64,000 bases of DNA from an uncultured Hyphomicrobiales bacterium. Its GTDB lineage: Bacteria; Pseudomonadota; Alphaproteobacteria; Rhizobiales; Xanthobacteraceae. The notes beneath the pieces are model-generated. The model did no database searches. It saw only the letters and a list, made by a program, of their open reading frames with translations, and was not told where the DNA came from. A program made the position numbers and the translations under genes. The DNA is taken from contig CAZNPX010000006.1 in assembly GCA_964575175.1 (NCBI GenBank), forward strand, positions 28,578 to 92,577, read 5' to 3'. Below are positions 62,965 to 64,000 of this stretch, piece after piece. Positions within the stretch are counted from its first letter, which is position 1; each line of letters starts with the position of its first letter.

Positions 62965-64000
62965 TCAGCCTCCTTTCTTTTCGCGGATGGCGCGCCAGAC
63001 GCGCTCCGGCGTGAGCGGCAGCTCGCGGATTCGCGCGCCGTAGCCCGCGGCGAGCGCATTGGCGATTGCGGGCGCGACCGGAAGGATCGCGCCCTCGCCC
63101 ATTCCGCGCATGCCGCCGGGGCCGGGGCCGGTGCCGCTTTCGATCAGAATGGTGGTGAAATTATCGGGCACTTCATCGATGGTCGGCACGTGATAGTCGA
63201 TCATGGTCGCGTTGATCGGCTGGCCGTCCTGATAAACCAGTTCTTCGCTCAGCGTGTGGCCGAGGCCCATGATCGACGCGCCTTCGTCCTGCCCTTCGGC
63301 GGCGGCGCGATTGAGCGCGCGGCCGACGTCGGCCACGCTCACGTAATGACGAACCCTGATTTCGCCGGTCTCTTCATCGACGGCGATGGCGCAGCGGCCC
63401 GCCGCCGTTTCCCAGAACAGCGGCGCCTGCGCGAGACGGCCGCCATTCGAATGCGGCGTCACGCGCCCGATGCTGACGATCTCGCCGCTGTCGATGCCGT
63501 AATAGGCATGCAGCAATTCGCTGAAGGTTTTTCTTTCGTTGCCGATGGCGATGCCGCCCTCGCACAGTTGCACCGCTTCAGGATCGACCGACAGCACCAC
63601 CGCCGCGATTTCGGCGACCTGCCTGCGGATGTCATTGGCGGCGTCCTCGATCGCAAGGCCCATCATCAGCGACGAGCGGCTTGCGCCCGTGCCCCAGTCG
63701 TAGGGCGCAATCGCGGTATCGGGCGTGAGCACCTCGATCGCCTCGATGGGCTGGTTGAGCTGCTCGGATGCAAGCGTGCGCAGCACTTCGCGCAGGCCCT
63801 GCCCGATCTCCACGCTGTTCGACACCACGGCGACGGAGCCGTCGATCTTCAGGCGCATCATGACCGACGCGACCGGCATGATCCCCGGATCGGAAATTCC
63901 GAGCGCGGTGCCCTGATGCGTCGCGGAGCCCTGATCCAGCGCGGTCAGGCGGTCCATCTCCTGCGAGGCGAGGTCCATCGCCTCGCCCATTTCGACATCG
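62965..64000 (-). CDS. xanthine-dehydrogenase-family molybdopterin-binding large subunit, C-terminal part (module C; 5' end right of window)
   Basis: Frame open to the window edge. C-terminal Mo-subunit motifs (GMRGMGEGAILPVAPAIANALAAGYGARIRELPLTPERV). Confidence 0.9.
   Translation of the reverse strand, partial: DVEMGEAMDLASQEMDRLTALDQGSATHQGTALGISDPGIMPVASVMMRLKIDGSVAVVSNSVEIGQGLREVLRTLASEQLNQPIEAIEVLTPDTAIAPYDWGTGASRSSLMMGLAIEDAANDIRRQVAEIAAVVLSVDPEAVQLCEGGIAIGNERKTFSELLHAYYGIDSGEIVSIGRVTPHSNGGRLAQAPLFWETAAGRCAIAVDEETGEIRVRHYVSVADVGRALNRAAAEGQDEGASIMGLGHTLSEELVYQDGQPINATMIDYHVPTIDEVPDNFTTILIESGTGPGPGGMRGMGEGAILPVAPAIANALAAGYGARIRELPLTPERVWRAIREKKGG

Noticed and set aside
1-64000. Mobile elements, prophage or defence genes, CRISPR arrays, tRNA/rRNA genes
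   Set aside because: I recognised no transposase, integrase or recombinase-like ORF, no regularly spaced repeat array, and no tRNA- or rRNA-like sequence. Apart from a few AT-rich promoter regions, the composition looks uniform. This was a reading by eye, not a computed scan.

Overview
GC-rich alphaproteobacterial chromosomal window. A Bradyrhizobiaceae-like origin is inferred from the FixLJ-FixK module and REP-type hairpins. About 60 protein genes are supported. I recognised no rRNA, tRNA, CRISPR array or IS element. The ORF track counts GTG/TTG as starts and contains many long out-of-frame or antisense ORFs that are GC artefacts, so several starts were re-set by hand from SD sequences, gene overlaps and operator positions.

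1-16.4 kb: acyl-CoA genes, followed by a catabolic regulon of unknown substrate. The regulon holds Gfo/Idh/MocA, DUF993, a TIM-barrel isomerase, a DHDPS-like protein, a NitT/TauT-type ABC transporter, an FAD oxidoreductase, TetR, GNAT, an epimerase and a MetE-like protein. Its three promoter regions each carry one copy of a 16-bp palindrome.

16.4-34.7 kb: a REP-rich spacer, hydrolases and an acyltransferase. A TonB-dependent receptor is preceded by two ModE-type Mo-boxes and followed by a ModE homologue that lacks Mop domains. Next come a DUF47-PiT-NUDIX-GIY-YIG operon, an MSOX-family oxidase, and fixK-CBS/BON-hemN divergent from fixLJ. Two FixK-type boxes sit here, one in front of a single-domain receiver gene and one in front of an unannotated 35-codon membrane-peptide gene.

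34.7-64 kb: every gene is on the minus strand. Complete coenzyme F420 biosynthesis (fbiC, cofC, cofD, cofE) and an F420:NADP oxidoreductase are interleaved with catabolic and transport genes:
- three LLM-class oxidoreductases
- three xanthine-dehydrogenase-family molybdoenzymes
- CoxG, DUF917, RidA, TctABC, an ABC transporter and two IclR regulators

One of the molybdoenzymes is a Mo::FAD fusion whose FAD domain carries a 7-Cys, ~40-residue insertion like the [4Fe-4S] loop of 4-hydroxybenzoyl-CoA reductase. This block is the main candidate for an undescribed system: an F420-linked catabolic pathway in a proteobacterium.
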